DNA of 64,000 bases from Acidobacteriota bacterium. GTDB lineage: Bacteria > Acidobacteriota > Aminicenantia > Aminicenantales > Saccharicenantaceae. The translations under genes were made by a program, and so were the position numbers. The stretch is from assembly GCA_028749205.1 (NCBI GenBank), contig JAQULR010000001.1:62840-126839 (forward strand). The letters run 5' to 3'. A model generated the notes under the pieces. That model searched no databases. It had not been told where the DNA came from and worked only from the letters and a program-made list of their open reading frames with translations. This document shows, piece after piece, positions 1 through 9,272 of the stretch (the stretch's first letter is position 1; each line of letters opens with the position of its first letter).

Positions 1-421
1 TTATTATGGTTTGGATGATGAAAAAGGGCGAAACTCTTTCCGGCCCTTTTTCCATCAAGACTCTATGAGTCTCTTCAATCGACCCGATGCCGCCAATACC
101 CGAACCAACATAGACCCCTGTCCGTTCCCCCTGCAAAAGGTCAGCAGCTATCCCAGCGTCATCCACCGCCAGCTGGGCAGCGGCTATAGCATATTGGACA
201 AAAAGGTCCATCTTGCGAGCTTCTTTTCTGTCAATAAACTGCTGAGGATCAAAATTCTTTATTTCGCCGGCAATCCTGGTTGTAAAGCGAGAGGTGTCAA
301 ATCGGCTAATTTTGCTTATCCCAGACCTGCCTTCTATCAGAGCCTGCCAGTTCACTTCTTTCCCCAGTCCCAGGGGAGTAACCAGGCCAATCCCTGTGAC
401 TACCACTCTCCTTTTTTGCAT
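1..421 (-). CDS. fabF: 3-oxoacyl-ACP synthase II (FabF), N-terminal ~140 aa; the gene runs off the window start
   Basis: Reverse-strand translation from the ATG at 421..419 reads MQKRRVVVTGIGLVTPLGLGKEVNWQALIEGRSGISKISRFD..., a typical KAS II N-terminus. It lies downstream of plsX-fabG-acpP. It is missing from the ORF track because it has no stop codon in the window. The + strand ORF 11..427 is its antisense shadow. Confidence 0.9.
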   Translation of the reverse strand, partial: MQKRRVVVTGIGLVTPLGLGKEVNWQALIEGRSGISKISRFDTSRFTTRIAGEIKNFDPQQFIDRKEARKMDLFVQYAIAAAQLAVDDAGIAADLLQGERTGVYVGSGIGGIGSIEETHRVLMEKGPERVSPFFIIQTII

Positions 422-479
422 AAATGAAACACCCATGGAAATGGCTTATAAAATAAATGGGCTAAAGCCTTAAAGATAT

Positions 480-728
480 TTATTGTTCCTTGTGATGTTC
501 CAGAATATAATCTAAGGCTTTGCCGACTGTGGTTAATTTCTCAGCTTCATCATCAGGTATATTGAGATTAAATTCATCTTCCAGGGCCATTACCAGTTCC
601 ACCGTGTCCAGAGAATCAGCGCCAAGATCCTGAGAAAAAGAAGCATTTTCGGTTACCTGATCTTCGCTGATGTTCAGTTTGTCAGCAACAATGGCTCTGA
701 CTTTCTTAAAGAGTTCTTCTCTCTGCAT
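480..728 (-). CDS. acpP: Acyl carrier protein
   Basis: 82 aa with the [19 protein letters not shown] phosphopantetheine-serine motif, in a fab cluster. Confidence 0.97.
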   Translation of the reverse strand: MQREELFKKVRAIVADKLNISEDQVTENASFSQDLGADSLDTVELVMALEDEFNLNIPDDEAEKLTTVGKALDYILEHHKEQ

Positions 729-754
729 AATAACCTCCTATTAATTTTTTCCTC

Positions 755-1495
755 TTACATATACATTCCACCATTAACGTTAATCACCTGACCAGTGATG
801 TAAGCCGCATCCTCGGAACAGAGGAATTTAACAACTCGGGCTACCTCCACCGGCAAGCCAAAACGCCTCATCGGGATAATTTCTAGGAAAGCCTTTTGGA
901 CGTCCTGTGAGAGTTTTTCAGTCATAGAGGTGCCAATATAACCTGGCGCCACACAATTAACTGTGATCCCCCGGGTAGCTACTTCCCTGGCGACAGACTT
1001 AGAGAAGCCTATTAAGCCCGCTTTAGAAGCAGCGTAATTGCTCTGCCCGAAGTTGCCCATCAGCCCAACCACAGAAGAGATATTTACTATTCGGCCATAA
1101 CGAGCCGAAAACATATGCTTTAGCACTGCCCGAGTAAAATTAAAACTACCTTTAAGATTAACCCCAACTACCGAGTCCCAGTCTTCTTCCTTCATTCTGA
1201 GAAGCAGGGAATCCCGGGTAATACCGGCATTATTAATCAGATGATCTATCCGGCCTTGAGATTTTATAGCTTCTTCCGTCACTTCTGTTACCTGGCTGGA
1301 CTTAGTGACATCCGCCTCATAAGCAATAGCTCTAATCCCCATTCCAGCCAACCTGGAGGCTACTTGGTCTAATTTTCCCTTCTGGATATCAACCAAAACA
1401 ACAGTAGCTCCTGCCCGGCCGAACTCTTCGGCAATAGCCTCACCAATTCCCTGAGAGGCCCCGGTAATTAGGGTAACTTTCTCTTTGAAAATCAT
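755..1495 (-). CDS. fabG: 3-oxoacyl-ACP reductase (SDR family)
   Basis: TGASQGIG cofactor motif, NNAG, and a YAASKAG catalytic Tyr-x3-Lys. Sits between plsX and acpP. Confidence 0.93.
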   Translation of the reverse strand: MIFKEKVTLITGASQGIGEAIAEEFGRAGATVVLVDIQKGKLDQVASRLAGMGIRAIAYEADVTKSSQVTEVTEEAIKSQGRIDHLINNAGITRDSLLLRMKEEDWDSVVGVNLKGSFNFTRAVLKHMFSARYGRIVNISSVVGLMGNFGQSNYAASKAGLIGFSKSVAREVATRGITVNCVAPGYIGTSMTEKLSQDVQKAFLEIIPMRRFGLPVEVARVVKFLCSEDAAYITGQVINVNGGMYM

Positions 1496-2505
1496 GCTAA
1501 TGCTTCCTGGTAGGCCTGCGAAAATTCGAGTATCTCTTCCTGGATTCTTGTCAATAGTTGTCTACTCGCTACTTCCTTTCCGATCCTGATGGCGTTCTTA
1601 ACGGCCTTCTGATTAGATCGACCATGCCCAATAATACATATTCCGTTAATCCCGAGCAAGTGGGCACCACCATACTCGGAATAGTCTATCCGTTTGTAGA
1701 TTTTTTTCAAATGGTGTCTTAAGAACAAGAAGCCAAACTTCGCCAGAAGATTACTGGATATTTCGCGCCTGGCCATGGCCAGCATGGTTTCTACCACCCC
1801 TTCTGACACCTTAAGGGCCACATTTCCAGTAAAACCATCGCTGACTATTACATCAGCCTTGCCTCTATATATATCCTTTCCTTCAACATTGCCGATAAAA
1901 TTTAACGGCAGCTTTTGTAACCGCTCGTAGGTTTCGCGAGTCAAAGTATTGCCCTTGGTTCTTTCTTCACCAATGCTCATAAGACCGATGGTCGGGTTAT
2001 CCCGGTTCATGGCCGTTTCCATAAAAATCTTACCCATAATGGCAAACTGAACCAGATGTTTAGGTTGACAATTAGCGCTGGCCCCGACATCAATCAGCAG
2101 AGAAAGACCCTTGAGAGTCGGAAAGAAAAGGGCCAGCCCGGGCTTTTCGATCCCCTTCAGCCCACCAAGAACTTTTCGGGAAATATAGGTAACAGCCGCA
2201 GTATTACCCATGGAAATAAAAGCCTCAGCTTCTCTTTTTTTTACCAGCTCTGCTCCGACGAAAACAGAAGACTTATCCTTGCGACGCATGGTCAGCAGGC
2301 CTTCCCCTGACCCAATAGACTCCGGGGCATCAATTAGAGTAATTCTAGCCCCATGGCAATGGAGACGTTCAATTTCCTGTTTGATCTGGTTTTCGGCCCC
2401 CACCAGCAGAATATTTACATCTAATTCGGCGGCGGCAGCGATGGCCCCTTCGACCACTGTTTTAGGGGCAAAATCCCCGCCCATCGCATCTACGGCGATT
2501 TTCAT
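1492..2505 (-). CDS. plsX: Phosphate acyltransferase PlsX
   Basis: MKIAVDAMGGDFAP N-terminus, typical length, and the rpmF-plsX-fab synteny. Confidence 0.93.
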   Translation of the reverse strand: MKIAVDAMGGDFAPKTVVEGAIAAAAELDVNILLVGAENQIKQEIERLHCHGARITLIDAPESIGSGEGLLTMRRKDKSSVFVGAELVKKREAEAFISMGNTAAVTYISRKVLGGLKGIEKPGLALFFPTLKGLSLLIDVGASANCQPKHLVQFAIMGKIFMETAMNRDNPTIGLMSIGEERTKGNTLTRETYERLQKLPLNFIGNVEGKDIYRGKADVIVSDGFTGNVALKVSEGVVETMLAMARREISSNLLAKFGFLFLRHHLKKIYKRIDYSEYGGAHLLGINGICIIGHGRSNQKAVKNAIRIGKEVASRQLLTRIQEEILEFSQAYQEALA

Positions 2506-2518
2506 GACCAGCTCTCTT

Positions 2519-2701
2519 TTATTGCTCAGAACCTTCTATTACCTGACGGCCTTTGTAATATCCGCATTCCGGACAAGCCCGATGGGGAAGTTTGGGGCTG
2601 CCACAGTTCGGACAAAGCGAAAATGACGGCAGTGTCAAGTGGTCGTGAGACCTTCTTTTGCCTTTTCTGGAAGGTGAATGTCGGCGTTTTGGGTTTGGCA
2701 T
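2519..2701 (-). CDS. rpmF: 50S ribosomal protein L32
   Basis: 60 aa. The N-terminus ([17 protein letters not shown]) and the CPNCG...CPECG zinc ribbon match L32. Confidence 0.9.
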   Translation of the reverse strand: MPNPKRRHSPSRKGKRRSHDHLTLPSFSLCPNCGSPKLPHRACPECGYYKGRQVIEGSEQ

Positions 2702-3220
2702 TTATCTCTTATCTCTCAAAAATAATTTTAGTTTTTCCAGCCTGGAATCCGGTTCTTTAACCTGACAGGAACAATGGCCCTGATGGACGAGCTCCCCGCA
2801 GACTGGACAGATACCCTCACAATCTTCAGAACACAGGGGCCGAAAGGGAAAACTCAAATTAAGCTGTTCCAGAACTATTTCCCTCAAATCCAGCTCCTGA
2901 TGATAGTAATAGAATTTATCCAGGTCTTCTTCTGCCAGCTCTTCCTTAATCCCATCCAGCTCTTCCGGAAAATAGACCAGATCAAAGGCTGAATTTACAT
3001 AATATTCAAATGCTCTCAAACAACGGCTGCAGATAAAACTTAGACAGGCAGTAATTTTACCTTTTATCAACACTTCGCTTCCGGCCTTTTTTATTTCAAT
3101 GACGGCATGAGTTGGCCCCAGGCAGACCGCATCCTCTTCTATGAGTTCCAGACTGGTAAATTGGAAGTCCCGGTCAAGGCATAACCCCTCTCTGGGAATC
3201 TTGTTGACATCAATAACCAT
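2702..3220 (-). CDS. yceD: YceD/DUF177 family protein (large-subunit rRNA accumulation protein)
   Basis: 172 aa with a C-terminal CSEDCEGICPVCG motif. Lies immediately upstream of rpmF, as in many bacteria. Confidence 0.8.
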   Translation of the reverse strand: MVIDVNKIPREGLCLDRDFQFTSLELIEEDAVCLGPTHAVIEIKKAGSEVLIKGKITACLSFICSRCLRAFEYYVNSAFDLVYFPEELDGIKEELAEEDLDKFYYYHQELDLREIVLEQLNLSFPFRPLCSEDCEGICPVCGELVHQGHCSCQVKEPDSRLEKLKLFLRDKR

Positions 3221-3361
3221 TAGGATTTCCTCTTTTAACCGAGTTATTATACCAACTTGGCCCTGGTTGTCAACCTGGGGTTTCGCACTGCTGAAGGCTG
3301 GAGTTTTCTTCTTGCAGGGAGGCCAGATTTAAGTATAATCAACCGTGAAGGACTTGTGGCC

Positions 3362-3619
3362 ATGGATGGTTATAGTACTGCCATTGAATACAAAGGAACC
3401 ACTTTAATTGTACAAACTCAGGATAAAGGACCCGCCTTTAACTATGTTGAATCATTAATTTATTTAGCTGGCCGGTTGATAAACTCTAAAAAGGCTTACT
3501 ATACCAGTCATCTAAGCCAGAAAAATCTGCCAGAAATAATCCAGCAACTGGTGGAAGATCTTCATACTGAGGTGCTGGATGAAATCGTGGAAGGGAAATA
3601 CGATAAATTTATTGAATGA
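3362..3619 (+). CDS. Hypothetical small protein (~85 aa) translationally coupled to polA
   Basis: ATG at 3362 preceded by a GAAGGA Shine-Dalgarno-like sequence. Its TGA stop (3617-3619) overlaps the polA ATG (3616) as ATGA. I recognise no family. The track ORF starts earlier, at 3257. Confidence 0.45.
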   Translation: MDGYSTAIEYKGTTLIVQTQDKGPAFNYVESLIYLAGRLINSKKAYYTSHLSQKNLPEIIQQLVEDLHTEVLDEIVEGKYDKFIE

Positions 3620-6357
3620 CAAGGCCAAGGCTTTTTCTAATAGACGGCAATTCACTTCTCTACCGTTCTTATTATGCCATAAAAAGCCTGGCTACTTCTT
3701 CCGGCTTTCCCACCAATGCTATCTATGGTTTTTTAAATACACTTAATAAAATTGTGGAAGAAGAAAAGCCCGAATTCCTGGGTATAGTTTTTGACACCGG
3801 GTTGCCCACGGTCAGACATCAGGCTTACAAAGAATACAAAGCTCAACGCCGTCCAATACCCAGGGAGCTCGAAGTTCAAATACCGGTATTAAAAAACATA
3901 ATTAAGGCTAAGAATATTCCGTTCTTAGAATATCCCGACTATGAAGCCGATGATGTTCTGGCTACTCTGGCCCGATTAGCCTCTGAACAGAACATCTCAA
4001 CGATTATTGTAACGACAGATAAAGACCTTTTGCAGGTCGTGGGACCACTAATATCCATTTACAACCCAGCCAAGGATATGTTCATTATTGACGATGGCTT
4101 AAGACCTGAAACTATCACCTGGCTAAAAAATAAAAAGGTCAATAAAGTTAAAGACTTTTTCGGGGTTGGAGCCAACCAGATAGCGGATGTCTTAGCTCTC
4201 TGGGGCGATGCCTCTGATAACATCCCTGGAGTGCCAGGGGTTGGCGAAAAAACCGCCAAAGGCCTCATCCTGGAATTCGGGACTATCAAAAACCTGAAAA
4301 ATAATCTCGACTGTATTAAAAATCCTCGAATCAGGGACAGCTTGAAGAATAACCTTGATAAATTAGAACTGAGTGAGAAGCTGGTAAAGGTAGAAGATCA
4401 CTTGAACCTGAAGCTGACCCTGGATAACTTCAAGCTTTCAGAGCCGGATAACGAAGCTCTGGTTAAACTGTACCATGAATTGGGGTTTACCAGTCTAATC
4501 CCGAAACATTTAAATAAAAATAAAAAGGAAAGGGAAGCCAAGGATTTTACTGCTGTTTTAGACTGGGAGCTATTTCAGAAGTGGTTGTCAGTATTGAAAA
4601 AAGCCAGCTGGCTGGCTCTTGATACTGAAGCTAATAATATTTATCCAACCAAAGCCAGATTAGTTGGAATGTCTTTCAGCCCTAAACCTAACCAGGCTTT
4701 CTATATTCCGCTCAGGCACCGTTATCCTCAGGCTCCGGAACAACTGGCGGCTGATGCAGTCCTGTCAGAGCTAAAATCCATTTTGGAAAACCCAGAGATT
4801 AAAAAAATCGGACATAATATCAAATATGATTACATCGTCTTGAGAAGAGAGGGGATTAAACTTCAGGGTTTACACCTCGACACTATGGTTCTGTCTTACC
4901 TGCTGGAGCCAAACTGGGGAAAGCATGATCTGGAGCGACTGGCCGCCTTCTATTTGCAGGAAGCTAAAATACCTTTCAACTCCCTGGCTGGCAAAGGGAA
5001 GCAACAACTGACCATAGACTTGGTCCCAGTGGAGAAAACGACCGAATATGCTTGTCAGGACTCCCACCTGGCTATTAGTTTGAGTCAGGTGCTCTGGCCA
5101 AAAATAGAGTCTCAGAAATTGGATAGACTCTATCTGGAGATAGAGCTTCCCCTGATAGAAGTCCTGGCCGAGATGGAAATCGCCGGGGTTAAGCTGGACC
5201 TTAACTTGTTGAATAATTTAGCCTCAGAGCTTGGAGCCCAGTTGAGTCTATTAGAAAAGAAAATTTATGAGCAGGCCGGACTTGAGTTTAACCTAAACTC
5301 TCCTCAACAGCTCAGCCAGGTGCTATTCCATAAGCTTAACCTGCCAGCTTCTAAAAAAACCAGAGCTTCTGGAGTCTGGTCAACAGCCACAGAAATCCTG
5401 GAAGAGCTAGCTCCCCTGCATCCGTTAGTTCAGGCAGTCCTGGAATACCGGCAATTAGCCAAAATAAAATCTACCTATACTGATTCTCTGGCAGGACTGG
5501 TCAATCCGGAAACGGGCCGTGTCCATACTTCTTACAATCAGACAGTTACCGCCACCGGACGGCTGTCATCCTCAGAGCCCAACCTACAAAATATACCTGC
5601 CCGTGGAGAGATAGGAAAGCGAATCCGCCAAGCCTTTATCCCTGAAAAGGGATGCCTGCTGTTGTCGGCAGATTACTCCCAAATTGAATTAAGGTTGCTG
5701 GCTCATCTTTCCGGGGATCCCCTTTTGATAGAGACTTTCCTCAGCGACCGGGATATTCACACTGAAACGGCCCACAGGGTTTTTGGTCCCGCGGCAGAGC
5801 TTTTCCCCGAAGAAATGCGGAGAAAGGCTAAGATTATAAACTTCAGTATAATCTATGGAACTTCGGCCTTCTCTCTATCTAAGGAACTGGGAACATCTGC
5901 TTCTGAAGCTCAGAAATTTATAGACAGATATTTTATCGAGCACAAGAAAGTCAAAGAATATCTGGACGGGACCATAGAGGCAGCCAAGGCTAAAGGATAC
6001 GCTGAGACTATCTTCGGTCGTCAGCGACAGATCCCTGAGCTTAAAAGCACCGAAAATAATACTCTTCAGGCTGGAAGACGGATAGCTTTAAACACACCAA
6101 TTCAGGGTTCCGCTGCGGATATCATCAAGCTGGCTATGGTCAAGATTTACCAGGAAATTAAAGTCCAGGGCTTGAAATCTAAAATGATTCTTCAGGTCCA
6201 CGATGAACTGGTGTTTGAAGTCCCTTGGGAAGAAAAAGACGTGCTGGAAGGCTTGGTCAAAGATCGCATGGAGAATATTTATCCTCTTAAGGTTCCATTA
6301 AAAGTGCATTTAGGATGGGGCCAGAATTGGGCTGAGGTGAAGTACAAAGAGGTCTGA
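3616..6357 (+). CDS. polA: DNA polymerase I with 5'-nuclease, 3'-5' exonuclease and polymerase domains
   Basis: 913 aa. Exo motifs LALDTEA, NIKYDYIVL and YACQDSHLA. Pol motifs DYSQIELR, RRKAKIINFSIIYG and QVHDELVFE. Confidence 0.97.
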   Translation: MTRPRLFLIDGNSLLYRSYYAIKSLATSSGFPTNAIYGFLNTLNKIVEEEKPEFLGIVFDTGLPTVRHQAYKEYKAQRRPIPRELEVQIPVLKNIIKAKNIPFLEYPDYEADDVLATLARLASEQNISTIIVTTDKDLLQVVGPLISIYNPAKDMFIIDDGLRPETITWLKNKKVNKVKDFFGVGANQIADVLALWGDASDNIPGVPGVGEKTAKGLILEFGTIKNLKNNLDCIKNPRIRDSLKNNLDKLELSEKLVKVEDHLNLKLTLDNFKLSEPDNEALVKLYHELGFTSLIPKHLNKNKKEREAKDFTAVLDWELFQKWLSVLKKASWLALDTEANNIYPTKARLVGMSFSPKPNQAFYIPLRHRYPQAPEQLAADAVLSELKSILENPEIKKIGHNIKYDYIVLRREGIKLQGLHLDTMVLSYLLEPNWGKHDLERLAAFYLQEAKIPFNSLAGKGKQQLTIDLVPVEKTTEYACQDSHLAISLSQVLWPKIESQKLDRLYLEIELPLIEVLAEMEIAGVKLDLNLLNNLASELGAQLSLLEKKIYEQAGLEFNLNSPQQLSQVLFHKLNLPASKKTRASGVWSTATEILEELAPLHPLVQAVLEYRQLAKIKSTYTDSLAGLVNPETGRVHTSYNQTVTATGRLSSSEPNLQNIPARGEIGKRIRQAFIPEKGCLLLSADYSQIELRLLAHLSGDPLLIETFLSDRDIHTETAHRVFGPAAELFPEEMRRKAKIINFSIIYGTSAFSLSKELGTSASEAQKFIDRYFIEHKKVKEYLDGTIEAAKAKGYAETIFGRQRQIPELKSTENNTLQAGRRIALNTPIQGSAADIIKLAMVKIYQEIKVQGLKSKMILQVHDELVFEVPWEEKDVLEGLVKDRMENIYPLKVPLKVHLGWGQNWAEVKYKEV

Positions 6358-6360
6358 ATT

Positions 6361-7488
6361 TCAGATTAAAGATTTCTGGTAAACCCGATATATTTTGTAA
6401 ACCTGCCCTCCCAATCTTTCCATCTCACTTCTGACCTTTACATTAGATTCCATCTCATGGTGGGTATCAATAATCTCAAAACCGGCCGCCCGGGCAGAAG
6501 ACAGCATGCTCATAGCCATAAGGGCATCCAGGCCCATGCCTCGATATTCTTTCTTGATAGCGCCAAGCAACAAATCCAGCTGCTTGGTCTTCTTCCTGGC
6601 CCTTAAAACATGAATGAAACCCAAAGGGAAAAGCCGCCCTCTCGCCTTCTGTAAACCCTCAGTCATATCAGGGATACCAATAACAAACGCCACCGGTTGC
6701 CCTTCTTTCAGGACAACCTTGATAAACTTGGGATCCAACACTGGCAAATATTTTTTGGCCAGGCCATCCATTTCTTTTTCATCAAGCGGAGCATAACCGT
6801 AGATATTACTTTCTAAATAGGTTTCGTTCATCAGAGAAAGTATCGGCCTGACCCAAGGCTTAAGTTCTTTTCTCTTCTTAAACTCAACTAACTGAAATTT
6901 TCCTTTGCCAAGGATTCTCTTAGCCACCCGGGAATACACCTCCGGGATCTTTTTGGGAACGTTAATCTTATAGACAAAATAATCTATGTCTTTGCTATAA
7001 CCTTTTCTCTCCACCATCTCAGGCAGCCAATCGAAATTGTAATAAGTGGTAATAGTGGCCCGGTTTTCAAAACCCTTAATAAGGAAACCTTCTGGATCCT
7101 GATCAGAAAAACCATAGGGGCCTATGATCCTGATCATCCCTTTCTCTTTGGCCCATTGCTCTATTCTATCCAGCAGGGCAGAGACTACCTCGAAATCCTG
7201 GATGCTTTCCAGATAGCCAAAACGAGCTGCCTTTTCCTTCCTAGCCTGGTTGTATCTATGGTTTATAATGCCCATAATGCGACCAACTACCTGGTCATCC
7301 ATTTCTGCCAGAAACATAACTGTATCTGAATAAGTTAAGGCTTTGTTCTTTTTGGGATTAAAATAAGCCCACTCGTCCTGGTAGATCGGAGGAACCCAGT
7401 TCTTATGACCCTTATGAAGTTTCTCTGGTAAATAAATAAAAGTCTTGAGCTGTTTTTTGGTCTCGACTTCTTTTAGCTTTAGCTGCAC
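6361..7488 (-). CDS. GNAT-like N-acetyltransferase family protein (two-lobed, 375 aa)
   Basis: The C-terminal lobe has an acetyl-CoA-type motif (YRGMGLDALM). The overall pattern resembles the ~380-aa GNAT family proteins. Substrate unknown. Confidence 0.55.
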   Translation of the reverse strand: MQLKLKEVETKKQLKTFIYLPEKLHKGHKNWVPPIYQDEWAYFNPKKNKALTYSDTVMFLAEMDDQVVGRIMGIINHRYNQARKEKAARFGYLESIQDFEVVSALLDRIEQWAKEKGMIRIIGPYGFSDQDPEGFLIKGFENRATITTYYNFDWLPEMVERKGYSKDIDYFVYKINVPKKIPEVYSRVAKRILGKGKFQLVEFKKRKELKPWVRPILSLMNETYLESNIYGYAPLDEKEMDGLAKKYLPVLDPKFIKVVLKEGQPVAFVIGIPDMTEGLQKARGRLFPLGFIHVLRARKKTKQLDLLLGAIKKEYRGMGLDALMAMSMLSSARAAGFEIIDTHHEMESNVKVRSEMERLGGQVYKIYRVYQKSLI

Positions 7489-7802
7489 TGCTATCCTCAG
7501 TTCTGATGAATTTTATCAGATTTCTTTTAAAAAACAAAAAGTATTAAAACTTAGGTTATTTAACAGCTGAAAGATAATCAGGACAAGAGGTGATTTTCCC
7601 GGGCACTCAAAAAGCCTGGGGTTTCAATGAGAGTTTCGCCTGTTCAAAAAACGGTTAGAGGCTTTAGCCCGAAGGGACTTCATTTAATTAATCGGTTCTT
7701 TTCCCGAGGTCCTTATCTTAGTTGGTTCCTGGTCTGTGGAAATTCAGGGTTATTTCTGTTGAAATATAGTAGAATTTTCTGTGAATTATTTGTGGCAAAT
7801 TC

Positions 7803-7832
7803 TTGACAATTCATTTTCTAATTTAATATACT
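7803..7832 (+). promoter_or_regulatory. Putative sigma70-type promoter of the hydrogenase operon (TTGACA ... TATACT/TAATAT)
   Basis: TTGACA at 7803-7808. -10 candidates are TAATAT at 7824-7829 and TATACT at 7827-7832. The ATG at 7842 lies only ~10 nt downstream and has no Shine-Dalgarno sequence. Confidence 0.35.
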
Positions 7833-7841
7833 CACTTACTC

Positions 7842-9272
7842 ATGAAACCAGAAACCATAACGCTTCTTGTCATTTTCATACCGCTTTTGGGTGCCTTGCT
7901 GGTACCTCTTGCTGGAGCTATCTCTTTTAAGCTGCGGTCTGGCTGGTCTGTATTGGTTGGCGGACTAACAACCTGCTTATCCCTCACGCTGATTCCTCAG
8001 GCCATGAAAGGCGGAGAGATAATCTGGAGCAAGGGGCTGGCGCTGGGTTTGGACTTGGTATTAGTCATCGATCCCCTGTCTATTTTCATGTCGATTATCT
8101 CCTCCTTTATTGGCTTTCTGATCATCGTCTACTCTCTGGGCTACATGCACCACGAAGACCATCAGAATGAATACTATCTGATGGTGACTGTGTTCATCGG
8201 CTCTATGATGGGACTGGTTTTTTCCGGCAACTTAGTTTTCATGTACCTGTTCTGGGAGATGATTGCTATTGCCTGCTGGCGGTTAATAGGTTTTTACCGA
8301 CAAAAAGACTATGTCATTAAAGCCGATAAGGCCTTCCTGGTAACCTTCGGTGGTGCAGTCGTTATGCTTCTGGGCTTCATTCTCATCTATGGGCAAACTG
8401 GAACTTTTAACCTGGTGGATATGAGAGGTGTAGCCATTTCAGGAACGGCTGTTCTCTTGATCTTATTCGGCATGTTCTCCAAATCAGCCACTGTTCCTCT
8501 CCACACCTGGCTACCGGACGCCGGTGTCGCCCCGACAACAGTTACTGCCCTGTTACATGCGGCAGTTCTGGTTAAAATTGGTGTTTATGCCTACGCCCGA
8601 CTTTTTCTTTATACATTCAACATTCCAGCCGATTGGCAACAGGGTATTATTATTCTGGCTGTCCTGTCCAGCTTGATTGCAGCTGGAGCGGCCACGGTGG
8701 AAAACGACTTCAAAAGAATTCTGGCTTACTCTACAGTAAGCCAGATTGGCTACATATTTCTCGGGTTGAGTGTGGCCACCCCTACTGCTATCTCCGGTGC
8801 TTTGCTTTACATTTTGATGCATGGACTGGCCAAGGCTGGTCTGTTTCTTTGTGCCGGGATAGTGATTCATGCTACACACAAAAGAGATATAAGAGAGATG
8901 GGAGGCTTAATAAAGACCATGCCGATTACGGCCATCTCCTTTCTACTGTGCGCCTTTTCAGTCATCGGACTCCCTCCTCTGGGCGGGTTTTTCTCAAAGC
9001 TGTTGGTGATTCTCGGAACGTTACAAGCTGACCAGATCTGGGTAGCGGCTCTGGCTTTGTTCACTGCAGTCTTGACTATGTTTTATTTGCTTCGGGTTTT
9101 CGCCATGGTGTTCCTTGGTGAGCTAAAAACAGCAGCCCCGGAGAAAACACCTTCTATGGTGGGGGTAGTGGCCTCTCTGGCTGTGCTGTCAGTTCTGGCT
9201 GGATTATTAGTCTCGTATCCAATGAAGCTTGTTCAGATGGCCACAACTCATATTAGCTGGTGGTTAAGATGA
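7842..9272 (+). CDS. Antiporter-like subunit (MrpD/NuoN-M family) of the membrane-bound hydrogenase
   Basis: 476 aa and polytopic. Motifs PLHTWLPDAGVAPTTVTALLHAAVLVKIGVY and ILAYSTVSQIGY are typical of NuoL/M/N-MrpA/D proteins. Confidence 0.85.
   Translation: MKPETITLLVIFIPLLGALLVPLAGAISFKLRSGWSVLVGGLTTCLSLTLIPQAMKGGEIIWSKGLALGLDLVLVIDPLSIFMSIISSFIGFLIIVYSLGYMHHEDHQNEYYLMVTVFIGSMMGLVFSGNLVFMYLFWEMIAIACWRLIGFYRQKDYVIKADKAFLVTFGGAVVMLLGFILIYGQTGTFNLVDMRGVAISGTAVLLILFGMFSKSATVPLHTWLPDAGVAPTTVTALLHAAVLVKIGVYAYARLFLYTFNIPADWQQGIIILAVLSSLIAAGAATVENDFKRILAYSTVSQIGYIFLGLSVATPTAISGALLYILMHGLAKAGLFLCAGIVIHATHKRDIREMGGLIKTMPITAISFLLCAFSVIGLPPLGGFFSKLLVILGTLQADQIWVAALALFTAVLTMFYLLRVFAMVFLGELKTAAPEKTPSMVGVVASLAVLSVLAGLLVSYPMKLVQMATTHISWWLR

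Noticed and set aside
11-427. 138-aa + strand ORF at the window start
   Set aside because: It is the antisense shadow of fabF. The reverse strand gives a textbook KAS II N-terminus starting at 421, while the + strand product is low-complexity with no recognisable features.
7783-7794. 12-mer GAATTATTTGTG shared between the hydrogenase promoter region and the purF-proximal palindrome (63334-63345)
   Set aside because: A single shared 12-mer is expected many times by chance among all position pairs in 64 kb on two strands, especially in AT-rich DNA. At 7783 there is no second half-site (no AATAATCCAG), so I do not count it as a family member.
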